Assembly (NCBI GenBank): GCA_963768665.1
Contig: CAVYIU010000007.1
Coordinates: 391,308 to 455,307 of the forward strand
Source: an uncultured Spirochaetota bacterium
GTDB lineage: Bacteria; Spirochaetota; Spirochaetia; SZUA-6; Fen-1364
Direction: 5' to 3'
Length of the DNA stretch: 64,000 nucleotides
The notes under the pieces are model-generated. The model was not told where the DNA came from and ran no database searches. It saw only the letters and a program-made list of their open reading frames with translations. Made by a program: the position numbers and the translations under genes. Numbering within the stretch: position 1 is the stretch's first letter; every line of letters begins with the position of its first letter. Positions 1 through 8,260 of this stretch are shown one piece after another.

Positions 1-254
1 AGGAGCTGGAGGCCCGCCACCAGGTGCGCGAAATAGTCGGTGATGCTCCTGTTCGCCTGTTCCGCCAGCGTGCCCTGGAGATCCGCCATCTGGGCGGCGG
101 TGCCTGCCCGCACGCCCCGGAAGACCCACACGGCAAGCCACGCACTTGCCGCCAGCCAGAGCACGAGCGCCACCACGGGAAAGATGCTTCTCACCACGGG
201 TCGTTTCGCGTGCGTGTGGGGTCTGGCGGGAGCGGACGTCGGCGGGCTGTCCAT
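1..254 (-). CDS. 5' part of a membrane-anchored protein that runs off the left edge (partial)
   Basis: Own minus-strand translation from ATG 254-252: MDSPPTSAPARPHTHAKRPVVRSIFPVVALVLWLAASAWLAVWVFRG..., with one N-terminal TM helix. The frame is open to position 1 and codon position 3 is strongly G/C. It is absent from the ORF track because it has no stop in the window. Confidence 0.4.
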   Translation of the reverse strand, partial: MDSPPTSAPARPHTHAKRPVVRSIFPVVALVLWLAASAWLAVWVFRGVRAGTAAQMADLQGTLAEQANRSITDYFAHLVAGLQL

Positions 255-621
255 GAGAGTCCCAGTCTACTCCCCGGGGCGCCGGGACGTAAATCGCCGC
301 CCGGGCGGGTTCCCCGCCCGTGGTGCAATCTCCATTATGAGGATTGACAGGTTCTCCTCGATCTCTGGCGCCGCACCGTTACCGGCGAGTCCTGCCCACG
401 GCGATCGTCGGCGGTGACACTCCAGACTATGATCGAGCCGCGACCGGTGGCCAGCGGAGAGGTGGTCGAGTCCACGCGACGCCATGCCGCGCGCCGTGAG
501 AGGAGCGCTCGCGATACGGTGATGGACAGTATTCTCGTCGAGGAGCGGCCGGACGTTCGGAGACACCTGGAGCTCCGCCCGGCTCGACACACCGCGGCGG
601 GGTCGCAGGGGAGGTGCCATC

Positions 622-918
622 ATGGACGTTGTGCAGCTGGGGCGGTCGGGCCTCAGGATTTCGCATGTATGCCTCGGGACAATGACGTTCGGGAGGGAGG
701 CGGATGAGGCCACTTCCTTCGTGATCATGGACCACGACACGGATCAGGCTCTCCAGGTCGTCGAGCAGTTTGTCCGGGAGGCGTCGAAGCGCGCCCTGAG
801 TCCCGCCCAGCTCGCCCTCGCGTGGGTCCTCGCGGAGCCGCGCATCAGCGTGCCGATACTCGGAGCACGCAGCCTCGAGCAGATCACGGATTCGCTCAAG
901 GGAGCGGAGGCGGCGTAG
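622..918 (+). pseudogene. aldo/keto reductase remnant with an in-frame internal deletion
   Basis: The 98-aa ORF joins an AKR N-terminus (VQLGRSGLRISHVCLGTMTFG) directly to an AKR C-terminus (LSPAQLALAWVLAEPRISVPILGARSLEQI). About 200 central residues are missing compared with the intact 306-aa AKR at 9330-10250. An RBS (GGGGAGG) is still present upstream. Confidence 0.6.
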
Positions 919-933
919 ACAGGTGCACCACGT

Positions 934-1347
934 GTGGCTACCATCGCGCCCGACGTGCTGGTCCCTTCCCTTGCGAACGCGCTCTGCCAGTTTGCCGTCT
1001 TTGCCGCAGGGGCGCTGTGTGCCTCGCTTGCAGGTTCCGTTGCCGTCCTCTTCGTGTCCACGGCAATCATGGGGCTTGCAAGCGGTGTCGGAGTCCCCAT
1101 GATGGTCGGGCTCTCCATCCAGAATGTCGATGCGTCGCGTCGCGCCACGGCAATGGGGTTTCACCAGGCAGTGTATTCGATCGGGCTCTTCGCAGGCCCC
1201 TGGATCGGAGGAATCATCGCCGATGCAGTCGGGATCCGCGAGATCTTCGTCATCATCGCGGCGTTCTCCGTCGCGGCGCCCAGTTGCGTGATCTCTCCGA
1301 ACCGGTTTCACGAAGCCGATGTGCGCGCACGTACCAAGGCTCAATAG
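934..1347 (+). pseudogene. C-terminal fragment of an MFS-type transporter (5'-truncated)
   Basis: 137 aa containing only about 4 TM helices (FAVFAAGALCASLAG..., GFHQAVYSIGLFAGPWIGGIIAD...). This resembles the last third of an MFS permease. No N-terminal half is present upstream. Confidence 0.45.
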
Positions 1348-1414
1348 GAGGGCGCCGCCACTGTCGTGCCGCCCGGGTTGACCCGCGCGGCCTCCCTCTG
1401 TAGAGTGCGGCGCA

Positions 1415-1451
1415 GGCGGTCGCAGTCCACCCGCGTGAACAAAACAGGAGG
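1415..1451 (+). promoter_or_regulatory. preQ1-I riboswitch (translational type)
   Basis: GGCGGUCGCAGUCCACCCGCGUGAACAAAACAGGAGG aligns almost base for base with the Thermoanaerobacter preQ1-I aptamer CUGGGUCGCAGUAACCCCAGUUAACAAAACAAGG. P1 is GCGG/CCGC, followed by the A-rich tail, and the 3' GG runs into the AGGAGG RBS 10 nt before the yhhQ ATG. The downstream genes are a preQ transporter and queF. Confidence 0.78.
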
Positions 1452-1460
1452 CCCGATCCC

Positions 1461-2150
1461 ATGAAAAGGGATGACGTGTCGTTTTCCCGGCTATTCCTCG
1501 CGCTGTTCGCTCTCTTCATCACCTGCCTTCTCGTTTCGAACATCATCGCGGGCAAGCTGATCGTCGTGGCCGGGATCGTCCTCCCAGCGGCGGTCGTGCT
1601 GTTCCCTATCACGTACCTGCTCGGGGACATCTTCACGGAAGTCTACGGCTTCAAGAAGACGAGGATCGTGATCTGGTCAGGGTTCGCCGCGAACATCCTC
1701 ATGGCGGCGTTCTTCCTCGTCGCCATCGTCCTGCCCTTCCCGGCCTTCTTCAAGGACCAGGGCGCCTACGCGATGGTTCTCGGCCTGACGCCGAGGATCG
1801 TCGCCGCTTCGCTCATCGCGTACTGGGCGGGAGAGTTCGCAAACTCCATCACGCTCTCCGCTCTCAAGAAGGTCACGAAGGGACACTGGCTTTGGATCCG
1901 CACCATCTCCTCGACGGTCGTCGGCCAGGGGCTCGACACGGCCATCTTCATTACCCTTGCGTTCGTCGGAAGAGCGCCCTCGAGCGTCCTGCTCCAGCTG
2001 ATGATCGCCCAGTACCTGTTCAAGGTCTCCTACGAGGTCATCCTGACGCCGGTGACCTACCTGGTCGTGCGGGTGATCAAGAGACGCGAGGGTATCGACA
2101 CCTTCGACACCGGCGTCGACTACAATCCGTTCGGGATAGGGGGCAGATAA
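1461..2150 (+). CDS. yhhQ: queuosine-precursor transporter (YhhQ/DUF165, VUT family)
   Basis: 229-aa polytopic membrane protein. The motifs VSNIIAGK and LLGDIFTEVYGF are typical of YhhQ. A preQ1 riboswitch lies upstream, and the stop overlaps the queF start (ATAATG). Confidence 0.9.
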   Translation: MKRDDVSFSRLFLALFALFITCLLVSNIIAGKLIVVAGIVLPAAVVLFPITYLLGDIFTEVYGFKKTRIVIWSGFAANILMAAFFLVAIVLPFPAFFKDQGAYAMVLGLTPRIVAASLIAYWAGEFANSITLSALKKVTKGHWLWIRTISSTVVGQGLDTAIFITLAFVGRAPSSVLLQLMIAQYLFKVSYEVILTPVTYLVVRVIKRREGIDTFDTGVDYNPFGIGGR

Positions 2151-2539
2151 TGGCCGAACAGACTTTCGAGGCACTGGGGAACAAGGTGGCCGTCCCCCGC
2201 CGGAAGCTCGAGGTCTTCTCCGCACCGGCCCACGTGAAACGGGTCGTGCTCGAGAGCGACGAGGTGACGAGTCTCTGCCCCGTGACGGGGCAGCCGGACT
2301 GGGAGACGGTGCGGATAGAGTTCGAGCCCGACGCGCTCTGCATCGAGAGCAAGAGCCTCAAGCTGTACCTCTGGTCGTTCCGCGAAGAGGGAGCTTTCTG
2401 CGAGGAGCTCGCCGCCCGGATAGCGAAGGACATCTTCGAGGCATGCAAGCCGCGCCGCGTCGTGGTGACCGTCACGCAGAAGCCACGAGGCGGAATCACC
2501 ATCGAGGCGACGGCAGCCTTGCCTGGCGAGGTCTCCTGA
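2150..2539 (+). CDS. queF: NADPH-dependent 7-cyano-7-deazaguanine (preQ0) reductase, unimodular type
   Basis: 129 aa from ATG 2150. Shows the catalytic Cys context SLCPVTGQPD and the QueF motif ESKSLKLYLWSF. The longer track ORF (1892-2539) is only upstream read-through inside yhhQ. Confidence 0.92.
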   Translation: MAEQTFEALGNKVAVPRRKLEVFSAPAHVKRVVLESDEVTSLCPVTGQPDWETVRIEFEPDALCIESKSLKLYLWSFREEGAFCEELAARIAKDIFEACKPRRVVVTVTQKPRGGITIEATAALPGEVS

Positions 2540-2567
2540 GAGCCGCCGCGCCGGCGACCGCAGGACC

Positions 2568-2776
2568 TCACACCTCCTGCGGTGACCGGTGAGCGAAGCG
2601 GAAGCGCGAATCGGGCAGGTGCCGAAGGACCTCGACCAGGAATTCGATGGCGGGGAAGACCTTCATGTCGGTGTGGAAGTAGTCGCTGTGCGGGGCGCGG
2701 GGACGACGGTATCCGTGTTCTCCTCGATCTCATCCAGGACCGCGGTCCCGATTCCGAGCCTCGGAACCAGCTCATG
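2568..2776 (-). pseudogene. unidentified gene remnant with no start codon and one frameshift
   Basis: Two minus-strand frames with strong G/C at codon position 3 read ...ELVPRLGIGTAVLDEIEENTDTVVPAP and then HSDYFHTDMKVFPAIEFLVEVLRHLPDSRFRFAHRSPQEV*. No ATG/GTG/TTG start follows the abfA stop. I could not assign a family. Confidence 0.25.
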
Positions 2777-2824
2777 GCGAGGAAGCCGAAGCCGCCCGCT
2801 GCTCGACGCCTGCGGACTCTCCCT

Positions 2825-4333
2825 TCACTCGAGCTGGACTTCCCACAACGTGAGGGAGGCCGGCGGGAGGGTGATCGCGTTGCCGGCCCTGCCCTTGCCG
2901 GGCGGTGCGGTGCTCGGCGCCACGCGGTCCGGGTCATCGAAGGTATTGCAGGCATGAGGGTCGGCGGCGCAGAGATGGACTTGTCGTTCCTGTCGGGACA
3001 CCGTGGCGCCTTCCACGTTCATTTCCACCTCTGCCGGCTGTGAATAGTGGGCATTGACAAGGGTCACCGTGAGCGTGCGGTCCGAGAGGGACGCCGAACA
3101 GGTTACCTGGCCGAGTGCCTCTCTCCCGGTCCTTGTCGGGAAGGAGAGAGTCTCTCCTCGTATCGACGTGCGAAGGCACAGGCCATTCTGGTGGCCCTTG
3201 AAGAAGTCAAAGACGTGGTAGTTCGGCGTGCGCACCAGCTTGTCCCCCGCCGCCAGGAACAGGGAGTGGAGGTTGTTCACAAGCTGGGCGATGTTCGCCA
3301 TCACGACGATGTCGCAATGATTGTTGAAGATGTTGAGGGTCATCGCCGCCACGAGCGCGTCCCGCATCGTGCTCTGCTGCTCGAAGAGGTTCTTCCCCGC
3401 CGAGGGGCCCGAGCCCTCCGGGTGCCAGCACCCCCACTCGTCGATGATGAGCCCGATCCTTCGGTCGGGATCAGAGAGGTCCATCTGTGCCCTCTGCTGA
3501 AGGACCAACTCCTCCATCAAGGACCCCTTGCGGAGCTGCTCGTACCACTGGCTCTCGTCGAAGCGCAAGGCATCGCCCGTCGTCCCGCAGTAGTAGTGCG
3601 CAGCGTATCCGTACAGGGGGCAGGAGATTCCCTCGACGACGTCGTTCCACTTCTCGAAGAAGCGCCGGGTCCATTCCAGGTTGTTCCCGTTCGGCCCGCA
3701 CGCTATGTACTTTCTCTCCCGCCCGACGCTGGAGGCCACCTTGGCGTACTTCCTGTAGAGCGCGCAGTAGTCCTCCGGTGTCATGTTCCCGCCGCCGCCC
3801 CAGTTCTCATTGCCGAGACCCCAGTAGGTGACGTCGAACGGTTCAAGGCTGCCGTTGCGGGCGCGCAGGTCCGCCAGCGCTGTCGCGGCCCTGGGGAGAT
3901 CGCAGTACTCGATCCAGTTGCGGATCTCCAGCGGCGTGAGTGACGTGAGGTTCGCGGCGACGTATGGCTCGGCCCCGACCAGGCGTGCAAACTCCATGAA
4001 CTCGTGCGTGCCGAACTCGTTCGACTCCAGTCTCCCGTCGTGGTTGTACCACCAGTTGACCGTCGTCGGGCGGCTGGCGCGTGGCCCGATCCCGTCGCGC
4101 CAGTTATACGTCTCCGCAAAGCATCCGCCCGGCCAGCGCAGCACCGGCGCTTTGATTCTCCGCAGGTCGTCCACCAGCGCCTTGCGGATGCCGTTGATGT
4201 TCGCAACGGGTGATGTTTCTCCCACCCAGATCCCGTCGTAGATCACGCCGCCGATATGCTCGCAGAAGTGTCCGAAGATGTTGGGATTGATAGTGCCGAT
4301 TGGATTTGCCAGCTCGACGGTGATCCTTGTCAC
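2825..4333 (-). CDS. abfA: alpha-L-arabinofuranosidase, glycoside hydrolase family 51
   Basis: 502 aa with GH51 hallmarks: NIFGHFCEHIGG, LRWPGGCFAETYNW, WGLGNENWGGGG, and a C-terminal beta-sandwich region. Confidence 0.92.
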   Translation of the reverse strand: MTRITVELANPIGTINPNIFGHFCEHIGGVIYDGIWVGETSPVANINGIRKALVDDLRRIKAPVLRWPGGCFAETYNWRDGIGPRASRPTTVNWWYNHDGRLESNEFGTHEFMEFARLVGAEPYVAANLTSLTPLEIRNWIEYCDLPRAATALADLRARNGSLEPFDVTYWGLGNENWGGGGNMTPEDYCALYRKYAKVASSVGRERKYIACGPNGNNLEWTRRFFEKWNDVVEGISCPLYGYAAHYYCGTTGDALRFDESQWYEQLRKGSLMEELVLQQRAQMDLSDPDRRIGLIIDEWGCWHPEGSGPSAGKNLFEQQSTMRDALVAAMTLNIFNNHCDIVVMANIAQLVNNLHSLFLAAGDKLVRTPNYHVFDFFKGHQNGLCLRTSIRGETLSFPTRTGREALGQVTCSASLSDRTLTVTLVNAHYSQPAEVEMNVEGATVSRQERQVHLCAADPHACNTFDDPDRVAPSTAPPGKGRAGNAITLPPASLTLWEVQLE

Positions 4334-4674
4334 GCACCCTCCTCTTCCTGTGCCACGTCCGTGTGACCTTCCGCCGCGGAGCAGTCGTAGCGGCAGCTAT
4401 CACTATAGCCTGCCGTCGGGTCAGACGGCCAGGACGGAGGCCCCCCGTAACCCGCGGGTGCGAATGCGCTGGCCTCGCAACCGCGGTGCCCGTGTCCCCC
4501 GACATCAGCACACTCCGATATGTCCCTGGACCGACCGGTTCCTTCGGCTCGTCCGTCGCCTGCCGCCCGCCGGTGGTAACACGACGTTCCCGCGGCGGTG
4601 TTACACTCGAAAGGGCCCGCTCGTGCTATGCTCAGGGCGTCCCCAAACCTCGTCTGCAGGAGATCTTCAGGAAA

Positions 4675-5760
4675 ATGGCAGTACAAATGTCCGCGACCTC
4701 GAAGCTCAACCAGGGTCTGCGCATCTTCTTCTCCGAGTTTGTCCGCGTCAGCCTGCGGCATCCAAGCCAGGCGCTGTTTTTCGCGCGGACCATCCTCTGG
4801 CAGGCGGCGGCCGCCCGCCGCCGCGCGGCCGAGGCCCGCAACGGCCTTCACGTGCCACCCATCGCCATATTCAGCATCACCAACAGGTGCAACCTGCGCT
4901 GCAAGGGCTGCTACGCCCAGGCCATCCGCGGCGACGCTCCTGATGCGCTCAGCCCCGCGAAGCTGTGCGAGATCGTCGCGCAGGCAGACGAGGTCGGCGT
5001 TTCCTTCTTCGTGATCGCCGGCGGCGAGCCGCTCACGCGACCCGAGATCGTGGACATCACCCGTGACTACCCGCACATCATCTTCCTCCTTGTCACCAAC
5101 GGCCTTCTTCTCGATGCGCCGCTCATCGAAAAGCTGAAAGCGCAGCGCAACACGGTGCCGGTCCTCAGCATTGAGGGGACGCCGGCCGAGACCGACCAGC
5201 GCCGCGGGCGCGGCGTGCACGAGCGGCTCCATGAGAAGATGGCGGCCCTCCGTGCGGCAGGAATCTTCTTCAGCCTCTCCTTCACCGTGACGCGCGAAAC
5301 CTACGGAACCGTCACCGATCCGCACTTCATCGAGCAGGCGGTCGCGCAGGGCTGCAAGCTGTTCCTGCTCCTGGAGTACACGCCCCTTCGAGAAGGCACG
5401 GACGAGTGGGTCATCACCGACGAGCAGCGGGAAGCCATGAGGGGCCACGTCGCCTCCTTCCGCGCGCGGTTTCCCGCCGTCTTCATCGCGGTCCCGTGGG
5501 ACGAGGAAGAGCAGGGCGGCTGCCTGGCCGCGGGCCGAGGGTTCGTGCACATCAGCGCCGGGGGCGACCTCGAGCCATGCCCCTTCGCTCCGTACTCGGA
5601 TGCGAATCTCCTGCTCGTCCCGCTGCGGGAGGCGCTGGGCTCCCGGTTCCTCGCGGCCATGCGGGAGAACCACGAGATGTTTGCCGAAACGGCAGGAGGC
5701 TGCGCCCTCTGGAAGAACCGCGATGCGGTGAGGTCGCTCCTCGCCGGGAGTGCGAAATGA
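4675..5760 (+). CDS. radical SAM protein with a C-terminal Cys-rich auxiliary (SPASM/twitch-like) region
   Basis: ITNRCNLRCKGCY carries the CxxxCxxC cluster motif, and GGEPL is present. The C-terminal region has GGCLAAGRGFVHISAGGDLEPCPF and GGCALW. The start is set at the ATG preceded by AGGAGA/AGGAAA, although the ORF is open from 4327. Confidence 0.85.
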   Translation: MAVQMSATSKLNQGLRIFFSEFVRVSLRHPSQALFFARTILWQAAAARRRAAEARNGLHVPPIAIFSITNRCNLRCKGCYAQAIRGDAPDALSPAKLCEIVAQADEVGVSFFVIAGGEPLTRPEIVDITRDYPHIIFLLVTNGLLLDAPLIEKLKAQRNTVPVLSIEGTPAETDQRRGRGVHERLHEKMAALRAAGIFFSLSFTVTRETYGTVTDPHFIEQAVAQGCKLFLLLEYTPLREGTDEWVITDEQREAMRGHVASFRARFPAVFIAVPWDEEEQGGCLAAGRGFVHISAGGDLEPCPFAPYSDANLLLVPLREALGSRFLAAMRENHEMFAETAGGCALWKNRDAVRSLLAGSAK

Positions 5761-7037
5761 GCGGGGCGCAGCCGTCCTCGGCGGAAGCGACCGCCGCCGG
5801 GCCCCGGCGGCTCTGGACCCGGAGCTTCATCCTCCTGTGGCAGGGTCAGCTCGTCTCGATCCTGGGCGACGTGGTGTATTCCATTGCGCTGGGGTTCTGG
5901 ATCCTCGCGGCGACCGGCTCCACGGGGCTCATGGGTGCCCTCATGGCCGCGTCGACCCTGCCGCGCATCCTGGTGGCGCCGGTGGCCGGCGTCGTGGTGG
6001 ACAGGTTCGACCGCCGCCGCCTGATGGTCTGGATGGACGCCATCCGCGGCGCCGCCGTGGTGGCCGTAGCCGTGGCCGCCATCGCCGGGTTCCTGCAGGT
6101 CTGGATGGTTTTCGCCGCGGGGGTCCTTCTCGGGCTGTGCGGCGCATTCTTCAGCCCCGCGGTCAGCTCGATCATCCCTGACATCACGGCGCGCTCCAAG
6201 GTCGTGGCGGCCAACTCGGTGTTCGGGATGCTTGGTCCTGCCGGGAACATCATCGGCAGCTCGGCGGGAGGCGTGCTCTTCTCCGCTCTCGGCGCGCCCA
6301 TCCTGTTTCTCTTCAACGGGCTCTCCTACCTGTTTTCCGCGGGGAGCCTCCTCTTCGCACGGGTCCCGCGCATCGTCCACGCCGGGGCAGCCCCGAGCTT
6401 CGGGAAGGACCTGCGCGCGGGCGTCTCCTTCGTCTGGACGATCAGGGGTCTGCGCCTGCTGATCCTCACGGCAGCCCTCCTCAACTTTTTCGCCAACATG
6501 GCCATCATGCTCTTTCTCCCGTACTACCAGAGGAACCCTGCGCTCGGTCCCGTGAAGTACGGCATCGCGATGGCCGTTTTCACCGGCGGCATGTTCCTGG
6601 GCATGGCGCTCACGGCCGCGGTGAAAGTGCCGCCGGCGCGCCGCGCCTTCCTGTTCCTCGTGAACGGCCTCGTCTCCATGGCCTGCTTCATCGCCTTCCC
6701 GTTCGCGGGCGGCTTCGGGCTCGGCGCCCTGTTCCTGGGAGTCGCCGGTTTCACCAACGCCATCATCAACGTCTTCATCAACGCCGTCATGCAGCTCGCC
6801 GTCCCGCAGGCCATGCGGGGCAAGGTCTTTTCGTTCATGGGCATGGTGACGATGGGCCTGACGCCCATCGCCTTCGCGCTGGGAGGCGTGCTCGCGGAGT
6901 TCCTCCCGCTGCGACCCCTGATCGGCGGGTGCTTCGTCATCGCCACGGCCCTGGCCATGCCCATGGTCGTCGCGCCGTCGTTCTGGAGGTTCATCAATTT
7001 CGATCCCGAGGGGGACACGGTGGAGTCGGTGAGCTGA
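5757..7037 (+). CDS. MFS transporter (efflux-type)
   Basis: 426 aa with about 12 TM helices. ATG 5757 overlaps the radical-SAM stop (ATGA), which implies translational coupling. Confidence 0.85.
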   Translation: MSGAQPSSAEATAAGPRRLWTRSFILLWQGQLVSILGDVVYSIALGFWILAATGSTGLMGALMAASTLPRILVAPVAGVVVDRFDRRRLMVWMDAIRGAAVVAVAVAAIAGFLQVWMVFAAGVLLGLCGAFFSPAVSSIIPDITARSKVVAANSVFGMLGPAGNIIGSSAGGVLFSALGAPILFLFNGLSYLFSAGSLLFARVPRIVHAGAAPSFGKDLRAGVSFVWTIRGLRLLILTAALLNFFANMAIMLFLPYYQRNPALGPVKYGIAMAVFTGGMFLGMALTAAVKVPPARRAFLFLVNGLVSMACFIAFPFAGGFGLGALFLGVAGFTNAIINVFINAVMQLAVPQAMRGKVFSFMGMVTMGLTPIAFALGGVLAEFLPLRPLIGGCFVIATALAMPMVVAPSFWRFINFDPEGDTVESVS

Positions 7038-7132
7038 ACGGTCGGCGCACGAGGCAACCGCGCCCCGTGGCTGATCGACAGCAGAAATCGTCGTGCGACG
7101 CCCGCACCGAGGGCTTCCACGAACGTCGCCTG

Positions 7133-7348
7133 CTACCGTCCCCTGCCGCGCGCTTCCCGCCCGAGCGTCAGCACAAGCCCCAGGGTGACGAGCCCCACGA
7201 GCGCAGCCGCGAGAGCAGCCATCGGCGCGTGCGCGAACCGGGCGAGCAGGCCCGCCGCGCAGAACGCCGCGGCGACGAACGCGATGATAATGGCATCGCC
7301 GGCAAAGAAGTCGTACGTTGCCTTCAGGGCCCTGAGGATCTGCTTCAT
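7133..7348 (-). CDS. small membrane protein (71 aa)
   Basis: MKQILRALKATYDFFAGDAIIIAFVAAAFCAAGLLARF... with two hydrophobic helices. Its ATG overlaps the stop of the upstream gene (ATGA). Confidence 0.5.
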   Translation of the reverse strand: MKQILRALKATYDFFAGDAIIIAFVAAAFCAAGLLARFAHAPMAALAAALVGLVTLGLVLTLGREARGRGR

Positions 7349-8112
7349 GCCCGTGCCCTCTTCACGCGGCCCGCAGTCACGCCTTTCAGCCAGGTGACGA
7401 GCACGCCCGCCAGCAGGAGGTAGAACGCGACCAGGACGAGCAGGAAAAGATCCTCGCCCCACCATGAGATGCCGATCCCTTCGCCTCCCCAGAAGGTGCC
7501 GAACGTGGTGAGCATGATGCCGACCACGAACTTCAGCGTGTTCTCGGGGACCCGCTGCAGCGGCGCGCGCACCAGGCTTCCCAGTGCGACGATGACCACG
7601 AATGCCGCTGCCGCTCCGAGGGACGAGAACGGGATTCCCCGGGGTCCCGCCTGGACCCCGAAGGTGATGACGATGAACGCCACCTCCAGGCCTTCCAGCA
7701 GCACGCTCTTGAACGAGGTCACCACGCCGAAGGCGTCGAGCCTGCTGCTGCGCTTCTCGCCCCGGGCGCGCATCTCCGCCATGCGCTCCTCGTAGATCGC
7801 CTCCTCGTCATGCGTGGCCTTCAGGCCCGCGTAGCGCATGATCGACTTCTTCAGCCACTTCAGTCCAAAGAGAACGAGGAGCACGCCGACGACGAGGCGC
7901 AGGATGTCGAGGGGAACGAAGCGCAGGAGTGCCGTGCCCAGCGTGCCCACGATCACCGCCAGGGCGGCAAGCGCGATGCCCGTTCCCAGCAAGGCGCTTC
8001 TCCAGTTGATGGTGACCCCGACGACGAGCACGATGGTGAAGGCTTCGACGAACTCGACGGCCGACGCGAGGAAAGAGGCAACGACAACGGCCCACAGGTT
8101 TGCGCTCGACAT
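7345..8112 (-). CDS. polytopic membrane protein with an internal duplication (possible ion transporter; COG4280-like, named from memory)
   Basis: 255 aa from ATG 8112 (MSSANLWAVVV...). It has repeated acidic-helix motifs AVEFVEAFTIVLVVG and LEGLEVAFIVITFG. The upstream part of the 364-aa track ORF is Arg/Pro-rich and not protein-like. Confidence 0.65.
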   Translation of the reverse strand: MSSANLWAVVVASFLASAVEFVEAFTIVLVVGVTINWRSALLGTGIALAALAVIVGTLGTALLRFVPLDILRLVVGVLLVLFGLKWLKKSIMRYAGLKATHDEEAIYEERMAEMRARGEKRSSRLDAFGVVTSFKSVLLEGLEVAFIVITFGVQAGPRGIPFSSLGAAAAFVVIVALGSLVRAPLQRVPENTLKFVVGIMLTTFGTFWGGEGIGISWWGEDLFLLVLVAFYLLLAGVLVTWLKGVTAGRVKRARA

Positions 8113-8203
8113 TGGCTCCGGTCTTTCAATGTGCCCGCTCCGGGCGGCCGGTCTACCCCCGTCTGTCGCCACGGCCGTCGATGCGCCCTGCCGCCGGCAT
8201 CCT

Positions 8204-8232
8204 TTGACAGCGCCGCCGGGCGCCGCTACGCT
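8204..8232 (+). promoter_or_regulatory. sigma70-like promoter for the 8261 gene
   Basis: TTGACA (8204-8209), a 17-nt spacer, then TACGCT (8227-8232). AGGAAAGGGAG RBS precedes ATG 8261. Confidence 0.4.
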
Positions 8233-8260
8233 CTGGCGCCAGGAAAGGGAGACGCAGCCG

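Noticed and set aside
4396-4410. tetO-like sequence CTATCACTATAG inside a CGGCAG/CTGCCG hairpin
   Set aside because: It is not a true palindrome, lacks the central bases of tetO, and no TetR-family gene is nearby.
4400-4470. Guanidine-III-like words (GGUCAGACGG, CAGGACGGAGG, CCGUAACCCGCGGGUGCG) upstream of the radical-SAM gene
   Set aside because: The elements are in the wrong order relative to the ykkC-III consensus. The downstream genes are not guanidine-related. This is probably a chance resemblance in GC-rich DNA.
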